This document shows positions 50,470-64,000 of a stretch of 64,000 nt of DNA, piece by piece; the first letter of the stretch is position 1; every line of letters starts with the position of its first letter. A model generated the notes under the pieces. The model worked only from the letters and a program-made list of their open reading frames with translations, made no database searches and was not told the DNA's origin. The stretch is taken from positions 52,390,001 through 52,454,000 of the forward strand of contig CM060732.1 in assembly GCA_030704615.1 (NCBI GenBank), given 5' to 3'. The stretch is from Takakia lepidozioides. Lineage: Eukaryota; Plantae; Bryophyta. A program made the translations under genes and the position numbers.

Positions 50470-53400
50470 GCATAGGGAGTGGAGAGCTATTGGTTGATGT
50501 GGAAAGGCATGGATGCCACGACATTTTTTGGTGCTACTCATTTGAGAGGGAAGTTTCTAGGGTTGTGAACATCTCATCCAACCAGTTGAACAATGAGGTC
50601 ACATACACCAATTACTATGCCAGGAAATGCTTTACAACGGTCACAAGGCAGCCCATTTGGACCATGATGGATTATTCCTGGATCGTAGAGCATTGAAACA
50701 CGTGCACCAATACCTTCAAGTTCCCATGGATGTGCGTTGTGTGATGGGTGAGGATTTAACAATGTGTGAATCATGGCATGAAGACTGTGTGGTGGTGGTA
50801 CCCTCTCAGGAAATTGCTCGAGTGGTTTGGAAGTTGGTGCAATGGCTGCCACCTTGCCCTTGCAATTAAATCATCTTTGGGAATGGCATCATTGTGGGAC
50901 GAAAGAAAGCACTTCCAACACCAATCCTGGAAGACACGAGTTTGTACTTGCGGCAGTTCTGGAGCATCCTTGGCATTATGACTAATGAGAACTCGCAACT
51001 CTTTCAGAGATTCAGTGTAAGGATTCACATTTCTGATGCTCAATGGGAAGGAATATCGAGTTGGTAATTCAGTGGTTGTTGAGTCTGATGAGGCTTCTGA
51101 AGGCCACTCATGGACATGCAAGGCAAAGATCACCCGATTCTTCATTCACGAATTCTATGGTGACAGGAGGGTTTTCTTCCAAGGTGAGTACTACAATACA
51201 ACAATGTCGTCGTCATCATCTGCTGTGGCTCTCAAGGACAACCGTATTAGTATGGTTGTCTTGCAACCATGTCCACAGAGGTGGCCTGATAATGACATCA
51301 AACCCACGCACATCCTAATGCACAAAGTCATCCCACTCCCTATAGTAGGGCAAAATAGGGGCATGTTGTTGCATATGAGTTGGAGGATATTTCACCCCGG
51401 GAGCATCTGTTCCAACCAGGAATGCCCGGCCACTGCCCTCCTTACCCCGAAACAGGGGGATATAGTGATGGTCAGGAATAGTGGTTCCCAATCGTTCTCA
51501 GGGGCTGTGGTGAGGAGTGTGTCTGGACCAAGGTTCACAGTCGACTCTCCAGCTGAAGAAGAAAGTATGAGGAGAGAAATTGCAGCAGGGCCACTTGTGG
51601 GTGAGGTGGATTTAGGCATGCTGGAGGTTGTTGGTCGACGGACTAACATCCTCAAGTGGTACAGGGCCTCTGGAATCATCAGCACAAGATCTTGGCACTC
51701 TCTTGAAAGAGTGTTGCACAATGCCCAAGTTAGAAACCCTTACAGTTTTGAGGGCACATGGTTTGCACATATCATGTCTAAAGCATGCCAATATGCCAGC
51801 AATGATGCCGAAGTTTGTGTGGATATGAAGAAAGACTCAAGCATCACTACAAAAATCAATCTCATGGACAAAGAAGAATGGAAAACAAAGAATTGAGTGG
51901 AACTTGAGGCATATGTGGATACAGGGTTACGGCCTCAGAAGTTGAAAACTCCCGTCAAAACCAAATTGCATCAAAGGTGATAATGTTTGAAGAAACCATA
52001 GAGTTTACAGAGGAGGCCATCATTACTTGCATCATTACTGACCTTTTGTCTGTCCAAAGATCGCCTCCTAACGGTCACCACCAATTATCCCTACAACACC
52101 AACCCATCAAAGTATTGAACAAAGTTTGATTTGTTGCTTCCTCAGACGCTTCTGTAAGATCTATGATACGGTTTTGCGTTCCCAGATTGAGTTCGGTCAT
52201 CACGTAAGACTCATCTATGGCTTTCGCTTTCGCCACTGAGCGCACGAAAACGGGACTAAACTGGAAGGTCATAGAAGGTAGGCCACGGGGAGCTGGATAA
52301 GAATGCTTTACCGGTGACCTGATGACGTCGTCAGTGAATGTGCCTGGGGGAAAAGTGGACTCGGTCAAAACACTCATACTAGCAGATCCAAAAACATGTT
52401 GTTCGGAACTCAACAGAAATTCGTCCACAGGGTCCCGGTGAGGCCAGTGCATCCGAGTCTGTTGCACAATCCAGGGAACAGACTGGCTGTTAGTCTCCTG
52501 GATAGTCTGCTCGGCCATCTGCTGAGTGGGTTTGCCAGTGTGCTGCACAATCTGCTAAGGGGCAATCTGCTGGCTGGATTCGTCGGTATACTGCACGGGC
52601 TGCTGAGGGGCAATCTGCTGGCTGGATTCGTCAGTCTGCTGAGAGGCAATCTGCTGGCTGGATTTGTCGGTCTGCTGTACAGTCTGCTGAGGGGCAGTCT
52701 GGTGGCCATGTTCGCTGGTCTGCTGCACAGTCGGCTGAGGGCAGTTTGTTGGCCGGTCTCTTCTCTGGTCTGCTGCAAAGTCTGCAAAGTTCGCTACCTG
52801 CTCAGTATTGTTTGCACATACTGAGTATGTGTGTGCGGGGCAGTCTGCTGGGAGTGATCCGGCCTATTACCCGAGACGGTCTGGTGCACATGCTCGGTCT
52901 CCATGACTTGGGCAGTCTGCCCACATGTATCGTGGGGAATATGTTGTTCGACATTCTTGTGGCCAGTCTGTTGGACAGTCTCCCGAACTCATTGTAAAGC
53001 CAGGACAAGGTCCCTTGCATCTCTGGCAAAAGAGTCGAAAGTAGCCTGCACTTGCTTGTCTCCCAGATCAACTTGCCCTGCAACACATGTTTATGCAAAT
53101 GTGAACTTGTAAAAAAGTTGGCAAAAGAAATTGAGCTGAAACACGAAAGTTGCCCATAACATTTTACCTTCCAAGAGATTTCCGACGAGGCCAATGTCCT
53201 TGATTTGCCGGCACAGGCATGCTCCATCGAGATGAACAATGGCGCCGATGCGGTCTTCAGTTGGGATCCCACACCACAGGAGTTTGAAGACATTGGGATT
53301 CTGCAAAACAATGTACTTCAATAATATGTACTCTCGCACGCGATCCACTTTCGCACGCACTGCAATCGCTTGTAAAGGAGCATCATTGCTAGGTATCCAC

Positions 53401-56400
53401 CAAGCCTAAATGGCCCTACGAATGTAAACACGTTCATCCTGGTACACGGCAGAGAACTTCGATGTCAGGAACATGGACATGGACTCTATATTCACCTCAT
53501 GCAGCGGATTGGACTCACAGACCAGCAGACTGTAATGTGCGTACGGAGGGTGGAGGCAACTAGTAGACTATACCAGTGGACTGGACCAGCGGACTGACAA
53601 ACGGACTCAGTAAGTAATGCAGCGATATAAAACAGACTAACTGACGAGCGGAGTGAGCCAACGGACTGAGGAGAGAACGCAGCGGACTGACCAGACTGAA
53701 TAGGCAACGTGACCCCGATGATGGACTCAAATAGCACAGAGAACAGACTGGGCGGTCAGACTGACCATTACCTCCTCTACTTCATCATCGCCATCTTCAT
53801 CTTCAAAGCTGTTCAACCAGTTCTGTTCCGCCTGTCGGATGAATGTGCGTAGCAGACCTGACTTGGCAACTCTGTAGAAATAATGGAAGAAGTCTGGATC
53901 CCCAATTGGTGGGCACTCTGGTGGGAAAAGCCCAAAGTCAACGAGGCGCAATGTGCTAGGGCAGACTGGCACTTCAGTGCTCTGTTGAGTTTTTGGTTTT
54001 TACCCTAAACCGATGGCATGGGTCGCGATATTTGTGCGAGTCTGCTGCCGAGTCTGGTCAGGCAAGTCAATGTCCACTGGACTTGTCACCCCTTCCAGGC
54101 CCTGAGCAGATTCACTTTCAGTATCAGTATTGATGGTGTGGGTCTGCCGTCTAGGACGGGGTTCAGTCTGTTGCGTGGATTTTGCCCTTGCCTCGCGAGC
54201 AGACCTTGCAGCCTTTTCCTTTTTTTGCCTCTTTTTTTTTTGGGCCCCATCACTCAATTTACGTTTTCTGGGAGCGTCCGGCATTCCATGCACTTGCAAA
54301 TCCTCCATTGACGGGCCACCACAATGGACGCCATACCGTGCGCGCACTTCGTCTAATTCCAAAGTGCGGGGGTCAAGCACTGATCCGCGCAAGCACATTG
54401 TGGCCTCTTTGACAATCGACATTTCTTTCAGTATCGGCCAAGCAAGTGAAATCGTGGAATTGCAACAGTCTCCTTGCAAACCCGTGTCAACACAATGCCG
54501 ATTTAGTTGGATTTTGTCCTTGATTACCTCTTCACAGAAGGGACAGAAGAGCTTGTCCTTCTGCCAATTTGAGTTTTTGGGCTTCCGGGCGCGGAGGTCT
54601 ACAAATGCTTCCACTATTTTATGATCAAACTCGTCTGGTGAGTACCAGTACCTTCGCTCCTTCTTCAGTTTGGTTTGGTGCACAAAATCCACCCAGTCCG
54701 CTCCACCCTTTTCACAAGCATCCTCCATCGCTGCAGAATGAAACGAAGGTGCAAGGACAATGAGCGATAGAGCGACAGATAGAAGTCCTATGAAAAGACT
54801 CCCCCTAAGCAAGAAGAAGACACAGAATGGAATGGAAACACCGCAGCAAGTGAGAACCTCACCGAGCCGATGAACTTCGAGTTGTTAAGAAGACGGGCGT
54901 GTGTGCGACGCTTCGCGGCTCACCGCGACTCTCCACACCTGGGGAAGAACGGTCGTCTTTCGTTACGGTGATGGAAACGCAAAGAGGAAAACAAAACTGT
55001 GCAAAACTGTGCGAAGAAACAGACGCCAAGAGAATGGAGTCGATCGCACAGGGAACATGAGAAGAAAGTAGAAGTAGAAGGGGGAAAGCGGGCATGGCAC
55101 TGCCAACGTGGCGCGATCTCACAGGCGCCAACTATCCGCCGTCATCGCATTGAATACGTCCACCGAACGAACGCATCGTACTAAATTCATCCACGGTCCT
55201 CGCAAGTGCAGCAGACTCATTTCCCATCGGGCCGAGAGTCCACCGAACCGCCAGTCCAGCGGACTATTCGCTTTGTTGAGGCGAAGCGACTTCATATTGG
55301 AGGCACTTCCCTGCCAGCGGAATGAGAAAAAAGAAAGGGAGAACAGGAAAGTCGAACACACCCATTGCGAACAGACTCGCGGCACAACAGACTGATGCAT
55401 GCACAGTCCAACAAACTGATATCCATAGAGGAGAACTGTCCAGCAGATGGACGTTTCGCTAGATTGGCGGGAGAACAAGCCAAAAGACTGACCGGAGGGA
55501 AAATAAAAAGTCAAACAGACTTAGTGCAACAGACTTCCGACACAACAAACTGACAAATTCACAAGTGCAACAGACTGATATCCCAACAGACGGACTTCCA
55601 GCAGACCGCCTCCAAACTGACTATTATGCACGCGATAAGCGGAATATCCGGAGCACTGACGGGCCAGCGGACCCACTGTGAGCAGACTCGCGACACAACG
55701 GACCTCAAACATCCACGCGCATTTGCAGATGAAATTGTCTCAGACATCTGCATTCAGCAAGTGCGTGTGGATATGTGAGGACCTTACTGGATGGTGTTCC
55801 GTGACGACTCGAATTGCTTTTTTATGCTGCCATCCCTTATATAATACCATGTGGATCCATCACAAAGCTGGGTTTCTTCAGATTCTCCACCATTTTCCAC
55901 AACTTATACACGACGGATGCAAGCCGCTATACTTGGTCACATAAACAGTCCCATCGTCTGATACGAAATCTGCAATACACGCCCCCATGTGCATACGCTT
56001 CCACCATTTTCGCGCCTATGTTACCCATGGGTTCCTTTAACGAACTAAACTTGTGAAGGCTCTCATGAGGGATGCAGTACGAAGAGGCTAAACGTATCAT
56101 GACGGATCACAAGCAGAGGACGTTATCGACGACAGATGTCCGCCTTTTCCATATTTATGACATAGAACCAAACCATATAACGAAGGTTCCCGAAAGCACA
56201 ACAAGAAGGCAAAAATAGTGGATGCATATGCACGATGGTGGCTGTAATGCCGAGACAGTCCTCTCATGTTCAAGCACACGCTTCATCATCATCATGAACA
56301 TCGCGCGCAAAAGAGGAACAGTCGCGTGCATGGAAACGCCTACCTCAACATCGGACAACAAACAGCCGTCAAAAGAGAGCGGCCGGGATTTGGTGGGAAG

Positions 56401-56792
56401 ATCATTGCCATTTTCGCAGCCCTAAAAATAGAGGGCTCGGATGGGTTATGGGAATGGACGGTGGCGATCCTGCGCCGTCAACGGACTGGATAGCAGCGGA
56501 CTGGCCAGCGGGCTAGCGGCAGACTGGGGGACTGGCAGACTGCTGGGCAGCCGACTGGCCAGCAGCGGACTGGCAGACTGGAGGGCAGCGGACTCATGGG
56601 CGGGGGACTGGCCGCGCGGCGGACGGGGGCGCGGGCGCGGTTGCTGCAGCCGCGTCCGCGGCTGGGCGACCGCGTGCAGCGGCGGGCGGGTGGCGGGGAG
56701 TCGGGCGTCCCTGCGCGGGGCCCACCGGCCACATCGCGTGCCCATTGAAGACCCTATTATCTTAAAATGAGAGGCATTTTTTACCCGGTGTG
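50470..56792. mobile_element. 5'-truncated CMC/EnSpm (CACTA-superfamily)-like element: transposase C-terminus on + (50470-51896) and a convergent multi-exon accessory gene on - (~54730-52075)
   Basis: HGCHDIFWCYSFER resembles the W-x-Y/F-x-FER motif of CACTA-type transposases; downstream BAH-like NGKEYRVGNSVVV; dense CAGACT/GGACTGGC subterminal repeats; terminus reverse complement CACACCGGGTAAAAAATG at 56792. Confidence 0.55.
54000..54728 (-). CDS. Element-encoded hypothetical protein exon with Cys/His cluster and basic NLS-like tract (probably pseudogenised)
   Basis: MEDACEK... FCPFCEEVIKDKIQLNRHC; RKRKLSDGAQKKKRQKKEK; appears to continue by frameshift into 53972-53770. Confidence 0.45.
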   Translation of the reverse strand: MEDACEKGGADWVDFVHQTKLKKERRYWYSPDEFDHKIVEAFVDLRARKPKNSNWQKDKLFCPFCEEVIKDKIQLNRHCVDTGLQGDCCNSTISLAWPILKEMSIVKEATMCLRGSVLDPRTLELDEVRARYGVHCGGPSMEDLQVHGMPDAPRKRKLSDGAQKKKRQKKEKAARSAREARAKSTQQTEPRPRRQTHTINTDTESESAQGLEGVTSPVDIDLPDQTRQQTRTNIATHAIGLG

Positions 56793-57258
56793 CTAAAAAA
56801 AAAAAAAAAAGTGGTTGAAGTGGTCGCTTATAAAACAATTGTACATGACGTGGCGCCACGTGAGGTGTGGATCGGTCGGGAACTCAGTGGGATCGTTTGA
56901 GCGGGAACAAATTCCATGTTGATGCAGTCACAGCATTCCACGTGTATACGACACGTGTCGTGTCGGGTATGCTTCGTAAGGGTAAATCCGGCGCTTTTAC
57001 TGGCGTGGTAGATTAGCCGCCGAGGTGGCCTTGGAAGGGACGCTGGCAGAAGAGGAGGAAGCGGAGCAAGCAGGCGGGCTATGGCGCACTTGGCTGTGGG
57101 ATCCCTCACACACGCACCGTGCTTTGGCTGCGTGCAGGCCACGAGCAAGGTGTTGAGAAGGATCTGAAGAGAGGAAGGCGAGTGCAGGATTTTTGATAGC
57201 AGTAGAGGCAGGCTGTGTACGACGGCCGGTTGGAGGATCGCAAGCAGGGACGCAAGCG

Positions 57259-60200
57259 ATGAGTTTTCAGGACATCGAGGCCGGCCTGGGCCCGCCTTTT
57301 AGTCGTGAGAGAAGACAGCAGGATCCCACGCAGGCCTTAGCAGCGGGCGTGTTTCAGATCAACACTGCCGTTTCTTCGTTCAAGCGCCTGGTCAACACCC
57401 TTGGCACCCCCAAAGACACTCAGGCCCTGCGAGAGAAGTTGTATGTGCTCTCCTGTTGATCCTCGTTTTCCTCCTTTCTTGCACCCGATAGAAGTCTACC
57501 CCTGTGGCCTCGTAATCTCTTCTTTGATGTTATTTGCATATCAGCAACTCTCGCCCGCTTTCGGGTTGATCGTTGTGCCCCGTGCAAAGTGCAAAGAAAA
57601 TAACAAACGGAAGCGTTACCCTTGGATTCTCACGGGGGAAGACTTTGTTTAGCATATTTGTCATTGGTTTGATTTCGAATTTGGAAGTGCATTCCGTTCA
57701 AATTTGGTTGGCTATAAAATTACGGTATAGAATGTGGATCGTGATGCAGAGGTAATTACAACAGAGAGTGAAGAGTTGTAGATAAAACTGGAATCAGGGC
57801 TTGGATGGTCACATTTTCTGGAAGGTAGGGGTAAGCAAGGGTGTTCGCAGCAGTATGCTGTTGGCTGGAAATAAGTTTGACAACGGCAGTGCGATGACTT
57901 CAAATTTAATGTCGTGTGCTACTGATTGATTCTGCATAGCCGCATGATAGTAGATGTAGTGGCTCGCCGAACTATTGACAAGGGACTCCCCTTCCTATTA
58001 TTGCAGCTCGGTAGGCCTACTCTTCGTTTGACAAACACTTCTATTTAGAATCTAAGAGTTAGATGATCTGTGTAATTAGCTTCAACTAGCTTTGAAGATG
58101 GACAGAATCTTCTCATTTCTACATTTCTGCATTCAAACACCATTTTGGTTGAAGGTTACTTAGCATTCTCAAGGGACTGATGTGGCTGTCCGAAACTGAA
58201 ATCCAGTTAGCATGCAATAGATCCACCCTGGGCAAGCGTGAAACTTGTGGGTTCTTGGGGCTGCCACATACCTATCATGGGTCTGGGCCTTGATTGGGTG
58301 TGCCCTGCAAGCCAAAGTGCACAGTTTCCTGTTGTGCATCGTAGCAGTTTTGGTAGTTGATCAATGCGGTGCTGGAGTTCTGGGCTGTTTATTAGGACCC
58401 CTGTGACTTCATGTATTGACTAGTAGCCCCACTTTGCATTGCAGTGCAATGCAATCCAGCTATCCTCGTAATTGAACTGTGGCCACTTGGGATGTGGCTG
58501 AATATGTGGAACTGTCATTGAGTCAGTTGGTTGTAGGTGTATATGAGTTGAAAGATGTGTTGTGTGAAAGGTCAGCCCTTCTGCAGATAGTCAATCTCAT
58601 GTGTGTTAGATTTCTTGTTGGATGGACGGGGAGGCGTACAGACATGTTAACAGCTCAAAGGTTGATTATTTTGCTTCATGTGGTTGGAGGGCAATGCAGG
58701 CACAAGACACGACAACACATAGGCCAGTTGGCTAAGGACACAGCGGCAAAATTGAAGAACGCAAGTGATACTGACCATCTCACTCCAGTCAGTGTAAGTG
58801 CAGTTCTTAACTGTGCAGATTAGTTGCATTTTGCATGCCTTTATACCATTGTGTATTGGGTCAAGGTGCTGTTTAGGTCATACTAAAGAGCTTCCATGCA
58901 ACCAGCTCACAGATGCCTGCATGGCTCCTATCATACTTTCATGTTTGGAATTCAAGCTTTGGGTTCAGCAGTGAAACTTCTGGTGGAGGGCTTACGATAC
59001 AAGCAAGTAAAATGGACTCCAGGGGTATGATTTTGGTGTTCTGGTGTATTATGTGCAGGCTAATAAGAAGGTTAGCGATGCAAAGCTTGCTAAGGACTTC
59101 CAAGCAGTGTTGGTTGAGTTTCAGAGTGCTCAGAAAATTTCTCAAGAACGCGAAAACGTCTATTCTCCTTTTGTTCCTCAAGCAGTTCTGCCCTCCAGGT
59201 AAAGCACACCCTCTCCACCCAATGCGTAAGCTCCTTGTACCTCCTTTGAAGGTCTGAGGACTGTGTTGTATGCTTCTGTTCTGATTACTTAGGCACTAGG
59301 CTTTGTGTGAAGGAAACATATTGCAGCAACCTCCAGCTTTCCCAACTGCGATATGCATAAAGAATCTTTGGCACGTTGGCATGTTAACTGTCTTGCTAGA
59401 AGGTAGTGCAGTGCACATAAGGGTCATTTACCCTGGCTGGTTGGCTCTCCTGAAATTGGCAACAGAGGACTGAACAATGTCTTCGTGGTTGAATGTTACA
59501 AGTACTTCCGGCAGTCATTTTGCTTCTGTGGTATAGTGTCGGCTATCATCAGTAACAGGCAGGTGAGGTCTAACGCATATGGGTTGTGACATGTTGCAGT
59601 TTTCCCTCAAGTGACCTGAAATTGACTACAGAGGACAGTCAGGAGCAGCGAGCAGCACTTGTCGAGTATAGACGGTAAGTTCTGCTGTGTAATCATGCAC
59701 ACCTTGACATAGGGATGCAAGTATTGTAGAAGAAGAAACTAAACTATGCAGTTGAGGCTGTTACATATGGAAGATGGGTACCTCTTTTGGCCATCCTCAG
59801 CTGGTTCCTCAAGTAAGTAGAAATGTGAGATGAGGATAGAGGCCATTATCTGGGAAAATGCAAACAAGAGACATGATTGTAGTCCATTCCGTAGTCCGAA
59901 GATCATTTTGTGAGAGACAACTACTGGATCAATTCCTATGTAAACAGAGGGATGTTTGCTTGGGTACAGGCAGGATTTGATTCAGTTAGAGAATGAGGCT
60001 GTCTTCAATGAGGCTGTTATTGAAGAGCGGGAGCTAGGTATTCGTGAGATACAGCAGCAGATTGGTGAAGTCAATGACATCTTCAAGGATTTGGCAGTAC
60101 TTGTCAATGAGCAGGGTTACATGATAGGTGAGGGTCTTACTGCACCTTTTTCATAGTGATGGTAAATGACTTCCCAGTATGCCTACAATTTGTTGAGACG

Positions 60201-60559
60201 GAGAAGATGGCTGACATGTGCCTTGTTGCTAAGTGCAGATGACATTGGGTCAAATATCGAGAGTTCGCATGCAGCCACAGTCCAGGCTAATCGTCAACTT
60301 GTCAAAGCAGCATCTAGTCAAAGTCTGTCCAAAGCAGCATCTAGTCAAAAGTCTGGATCGTCCATGGTAAGCATGTCAGTTTTGGAGACAAAGTGATTTT
60401 GATGGAATGCCTTAGTTTTGATGGTGTTGCTCACAATTGAAGCTTTGAGTAAAGTGAGGTGGTTACAAGGTTGGTATGTGTTGAATGGTGCAGACTTGTC
60501 TGTTGCTGGTCATTGTGGGTGTGGCGCTGCTGGTGGTCATCATCATCATGGCTGCGTGA
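57259..60559 (+). CDS. SYP22: SYP2-family Qa-SNARE syntaxin (SYP22/VAM3-like); exons 57259-57440, 58700-58793, 59059-59198, 59600-59674, 59970-60127, 60239-60366, 60494-60559
   Basis: MSFQDIEAG...QDPTQALAAGVFQINTAVSSFKRLVNTLGTPKDT; DAKLAKDFQAVL; SNARE FNEAVIEERELGIREIQQQIGEVNDIFKDLAVLVNEQG; C-terminal TM; all introns GT-AG and in phase. Confidence 0.92.
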
Positions 60560-63010
60560 TGCATGCATTCACACTCAGATCCCACTAGTGTATGGCACAG
60601 GCTACACATGTATACTGGAGTACACTTTTAAGAGCAAAGCTCATTCGATTTTTCATGTAGCCTGTGGCTCAGGGGCCGCAGTGTGGTTTGTACAAAACAC
60701 ATGTTTAAACATACTTCGGTTCTGAAAGATTTTGTACGAGAAGGTTTGGGTTGGTGGAATTTTCTTTTGACACTTTCTGCAGTCTGTCTGACCAACATCC
60801 CTACCAGCATATGTAGATTGGATTCTCTCGATTGTAGTGGATTCTCTCCCCCTATTGTACTTCCAAATCCGGGCCCAGCTCCAGACAAAGTTGAGGAATG
60901 TGATTGACATAATATATGGGTAAAATCCCACGCAGATTATGCGAATTGATAGTTTTCGGTCGACAAGCTGTAGCAGCTGGAAACACAATTTTGAAAGTAG
61001 ACTCCAATTGTCAATCACAGTTGAACTTAATTTGGTTTGCTTTTATGTCACTCTGAAGTGCACACACTTGATGTACTCCATGAAGGGAAACATTGACCGG
61101 GCCCACTCACAATTTAGGTCTTATGGCCACTTCAGACTACCGACCGAGAAACATCTGAACCAATTTAAAGCAATTTAGTCCAGAATTTAGTCCCTATGTC
61201 CATGTTGCAATATTCATATCATAGTGTAAAAAGCCTTGTGACCAAGCTTCCAGCACCTTTATCTTTCCCATTGGGCATTGCTTCGACATGGCGGTCATGA
61301 CCATTTCAGAAAATTGTATTTTATTGTTTCAACACTCTTGCAGGGTTCAAGAATTGGGTCCTCCAGACCACATGGGTTCCTTTCTTGGTCCCTAGATCAG
61401 CAATCTCCCCACATCATGAATGCCACTTCCTACACACCAAGTAATTCCTAACTTTCTTGATCTTAGTCATCTAAAGCCATTATGACCAAGAAAATGTTGC
61501 CCTCCACCAAGTGGCCACTTCCCAGTCCAATGATGATAACTATGATTTAAAAAGTAGTCATTTTATAACTTTCATACAAATAGTTAGCATTAGTCCAAAT
61601 AACTGAGATCAAAGATACTCTGTCAGTGGCACAAACCCTATTAATCAACCCCAAGACCACAGTCATCTAAAGAACCTTCACCATGAAAGCAAATTTCACA
61701 AGGCTTGGTTTCAAAGGGCTTAATCAAACATGCACAAAACAATGTCATAAATCGGATTTTGCATCGTTAAAATTGGGCAAGCAATGCAGACATGGCTGTG
61801 AAAGTGATGAGCTAAAAAGATGAAGGGGAAGGGCTATGGACTCTGCAGCCTGTTGTAATAGCTTCACAGGTCCTGGGTGTTGGTTTACACTGAAAGCATG
61901 CATGCATACCATCCAACTGGGAATGTTAGAATAGCCCTCAAGGCAGTCTTCCCAAGGAAAGGGATCAGCACAAACCACTAACTTCCAGAAGAGCTATTGG
62001 ATGACTTGCAAGTCTGACCCGACTGTGTTGAGGTCAACCAAAAGAGATCACACCAAATTGAATGAATGAGTGAAGGCTCTAAGCATGACAAATGAATAAA
62101 TACATGAAAAAGGCACTGAATGTTTTCTTCTATCTAGAATCACTTCTAGTCTAGTGCACTCCTACTTCCTCCTCCCTCTTCTGGGTGGCCCACAGTTGAT
62201 TCACATAATTCAATGATCTGCAGATACCAACACAGATACCATTGCTTATGGCTCTTGCAGTCTCATGCTCAGTACAACCGGATACAGTCATTTGATCCCC
62301 CCTCCTTTTTCATACTGCTCTTCCCGCCAAGAGTGGACTACACAATGTACACAGTAAGTAAAAGAATGAATGACTAACTGACAGGCTCCCAACTGGAAAT
62401 GAAGCCCTAGACCTATCTGACCACCTGTTCTACTATACATCACCACCCATCACAATACACATGCAACCCTCTCTGCAACGCCCTCAAGACTGCGAAGCAT
62501 CTGATGGTGTTCCCTTCAACGCTGCCAAGCCATTCCAAAACGCCCATAGCTAAGTTAGTCAATGCTGTTCTCTGGTCAAACTCCATCCTTCCAAAAACCT
62601 GGCTTTCCCATGCCTGCCCAGTTGTCCACAAATTGATAGAAGTTTCAGCTCTGAGGAAATACAATTCAACTTTGAAAGCAACACAGATCAACCGCCACCC
62701 ACTCCACTGACTTCTGTTACCAGACAATCAACTAACCAAGCTCTGCTTGGCCATAGCTGGGACTACACACAGCTCTGCAACCACTTCCTCCATTACGACC
62801 CCCTTAGACCAAACCCCTGTAATGACTCTCTCCATATACAGTAGTTCCGTCCGTTCGACCCCCAACTAGGCTATATCCACCCAAAACCCAACATACACAA
62901 GAATACAAGACGGTAGGACTGATCGGCCACACAGAATCGGAACAATCAGCCAATTTGATAAAGTGTCCGCTCTGACCATCGCACAGACCATTTTGAGGGA
63001 AAACCCTCAC

Positions 63011-63377
63011 CTTCATTAACGGCAGTCGGTGCAGGCCATCCCATGGGCACAATCATGGCAAACAGCTCCCCTTCGGTGGCTGGTTCTATGGCAGATGCGG
63101 ACACTGCCTTAGCCTTCTTTTTCTCTTCAGGAGGAACCCAAAAGGATCCGCCAGGAAGCAGTGGGAGCCAATCCGGGGCGGCCTTTTGAATTCGGAACTC
63201 TTTCAAAACCTGCTCCAAGGCCCTGCTGCCACTCTTTTCACCCTCCCCCTCCGTACTCTCCTCCCACCATGCTACTCCTGAACAGCACCTGCTCCCCACT
63301 TGCATCAACGGCGTGGCCTTCTGGACCATGCACCATCTGGGTGCTAAGCACGCCAAACCCCGTGATACAGCCGCCAT
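63011..63377 (-). CDS. Exon 1 of a conserved plant protein of unknown function (PDWLP..PG.S.WVPP family)
   Basis: AAPDWLPLLPGGSFWVPP...GWP motif recalled from uncharacterised angiosperm proteins; donor G|GTGAGG at 63011/63010; downstream exon(s) not confidently placed. Confidence 0.7.
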
Positions 63378-64000
63378 TGACAGATTGGTTAAAGAAATTG
63401 AGTTCGAAAGGTAGCACTCAATCTATAAGAGCACACACAGAGAGAGGAAGGGCAGGGCAAGGGGCAACCCAGATCAGAGAAGGTCTGTACAGTCTGTATA
63501 GCCCCGCCACGCGGCCACCCACCTCCTGCACAACACCTGTCTCCCTGCTCCTCTTCTTCTTATCCCTGTCTCGCACTTCTTTACAATTCTTCAACAAGCA
63601 ACTGCAATCAAAGCCCCCTAGAGATGACGACCATATTTCTAGTGCAGGACGCACAGGGGACCTGCTCCATTAGAATCAGAACACGTGTCATACACGTACA
63701 GGATGAAAAAGTTGGCGGGTCATAACTCTTCACAAATGGCGCTGCTCTCCTGAGAAGAGCTCTCAGGGAGAAAGCCACCCACATACAAGCCGAGCGCTTT
63801 TCCTTGTAGTGCTTGGGTGGGAAGCTCGAATCCATGCAGCAGAGAGCGGACCAGGCTGTGGAGGTGAATTGGGTATGCCTGGGCTCTGGGGAAACCCAGA
63901 TGGCCGGGACGACGCCCCGGCCACCAGAGATAACCAAGGAAGGTATATATATGTAAATTTGTAGTGCTTTTTGGGTTTTGGAGCGATGTAAGGTCCGTGT

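Noticed and set aside
56441-57148. GC-rich ORFs near the element terminus and syntaxin promoter
   Set aside because: Low-complexity products of subterminal repeats and promoter/5'UTR sequence

Overview
Eukaryotic nuclear DNA from a land plant, probably a non-seed plant (bryophyte, lycophyte or fern). That assignment is inferred from the PLS-type PPR style, the Tcn1-like chromovirus and the hAT style; the species cannot be determined. Apparently intact host genes: a WAK-like receptor kinase (-), two tandem WDR5 paralogues (-), a single-exon CRINKLY4 receptor kinase (-), a 7-exon SYP2-type syntaxin (+) and exon 1 of a small conserved plant protein (-). The rest is mostly transposon debris and shredded PPR pseudogenes. 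Region 17-35 kb is a nested TE stack that can be reconstructed from matching target-site duplications (TSDs). An RLE-endonuclease LINE was hit by a self-priming chromovirus. The chromovirus integrase was hit by a CACTA element that now brackets ~4 kb of PPR fragments and a second LINE copy. The stack was then scrambled by a ~10.5 kb inversion and a ~350 bp inversion. Most novel-looking signals: a repeated, highly structured 3' RNA motif on the RLE-LINE family, TTAA/CCC piggyBac-like elements in a plant, and apparent Pack-CACTA carriage of PPR fragments. All coordinates and alignments were made by eye, with no database searches.
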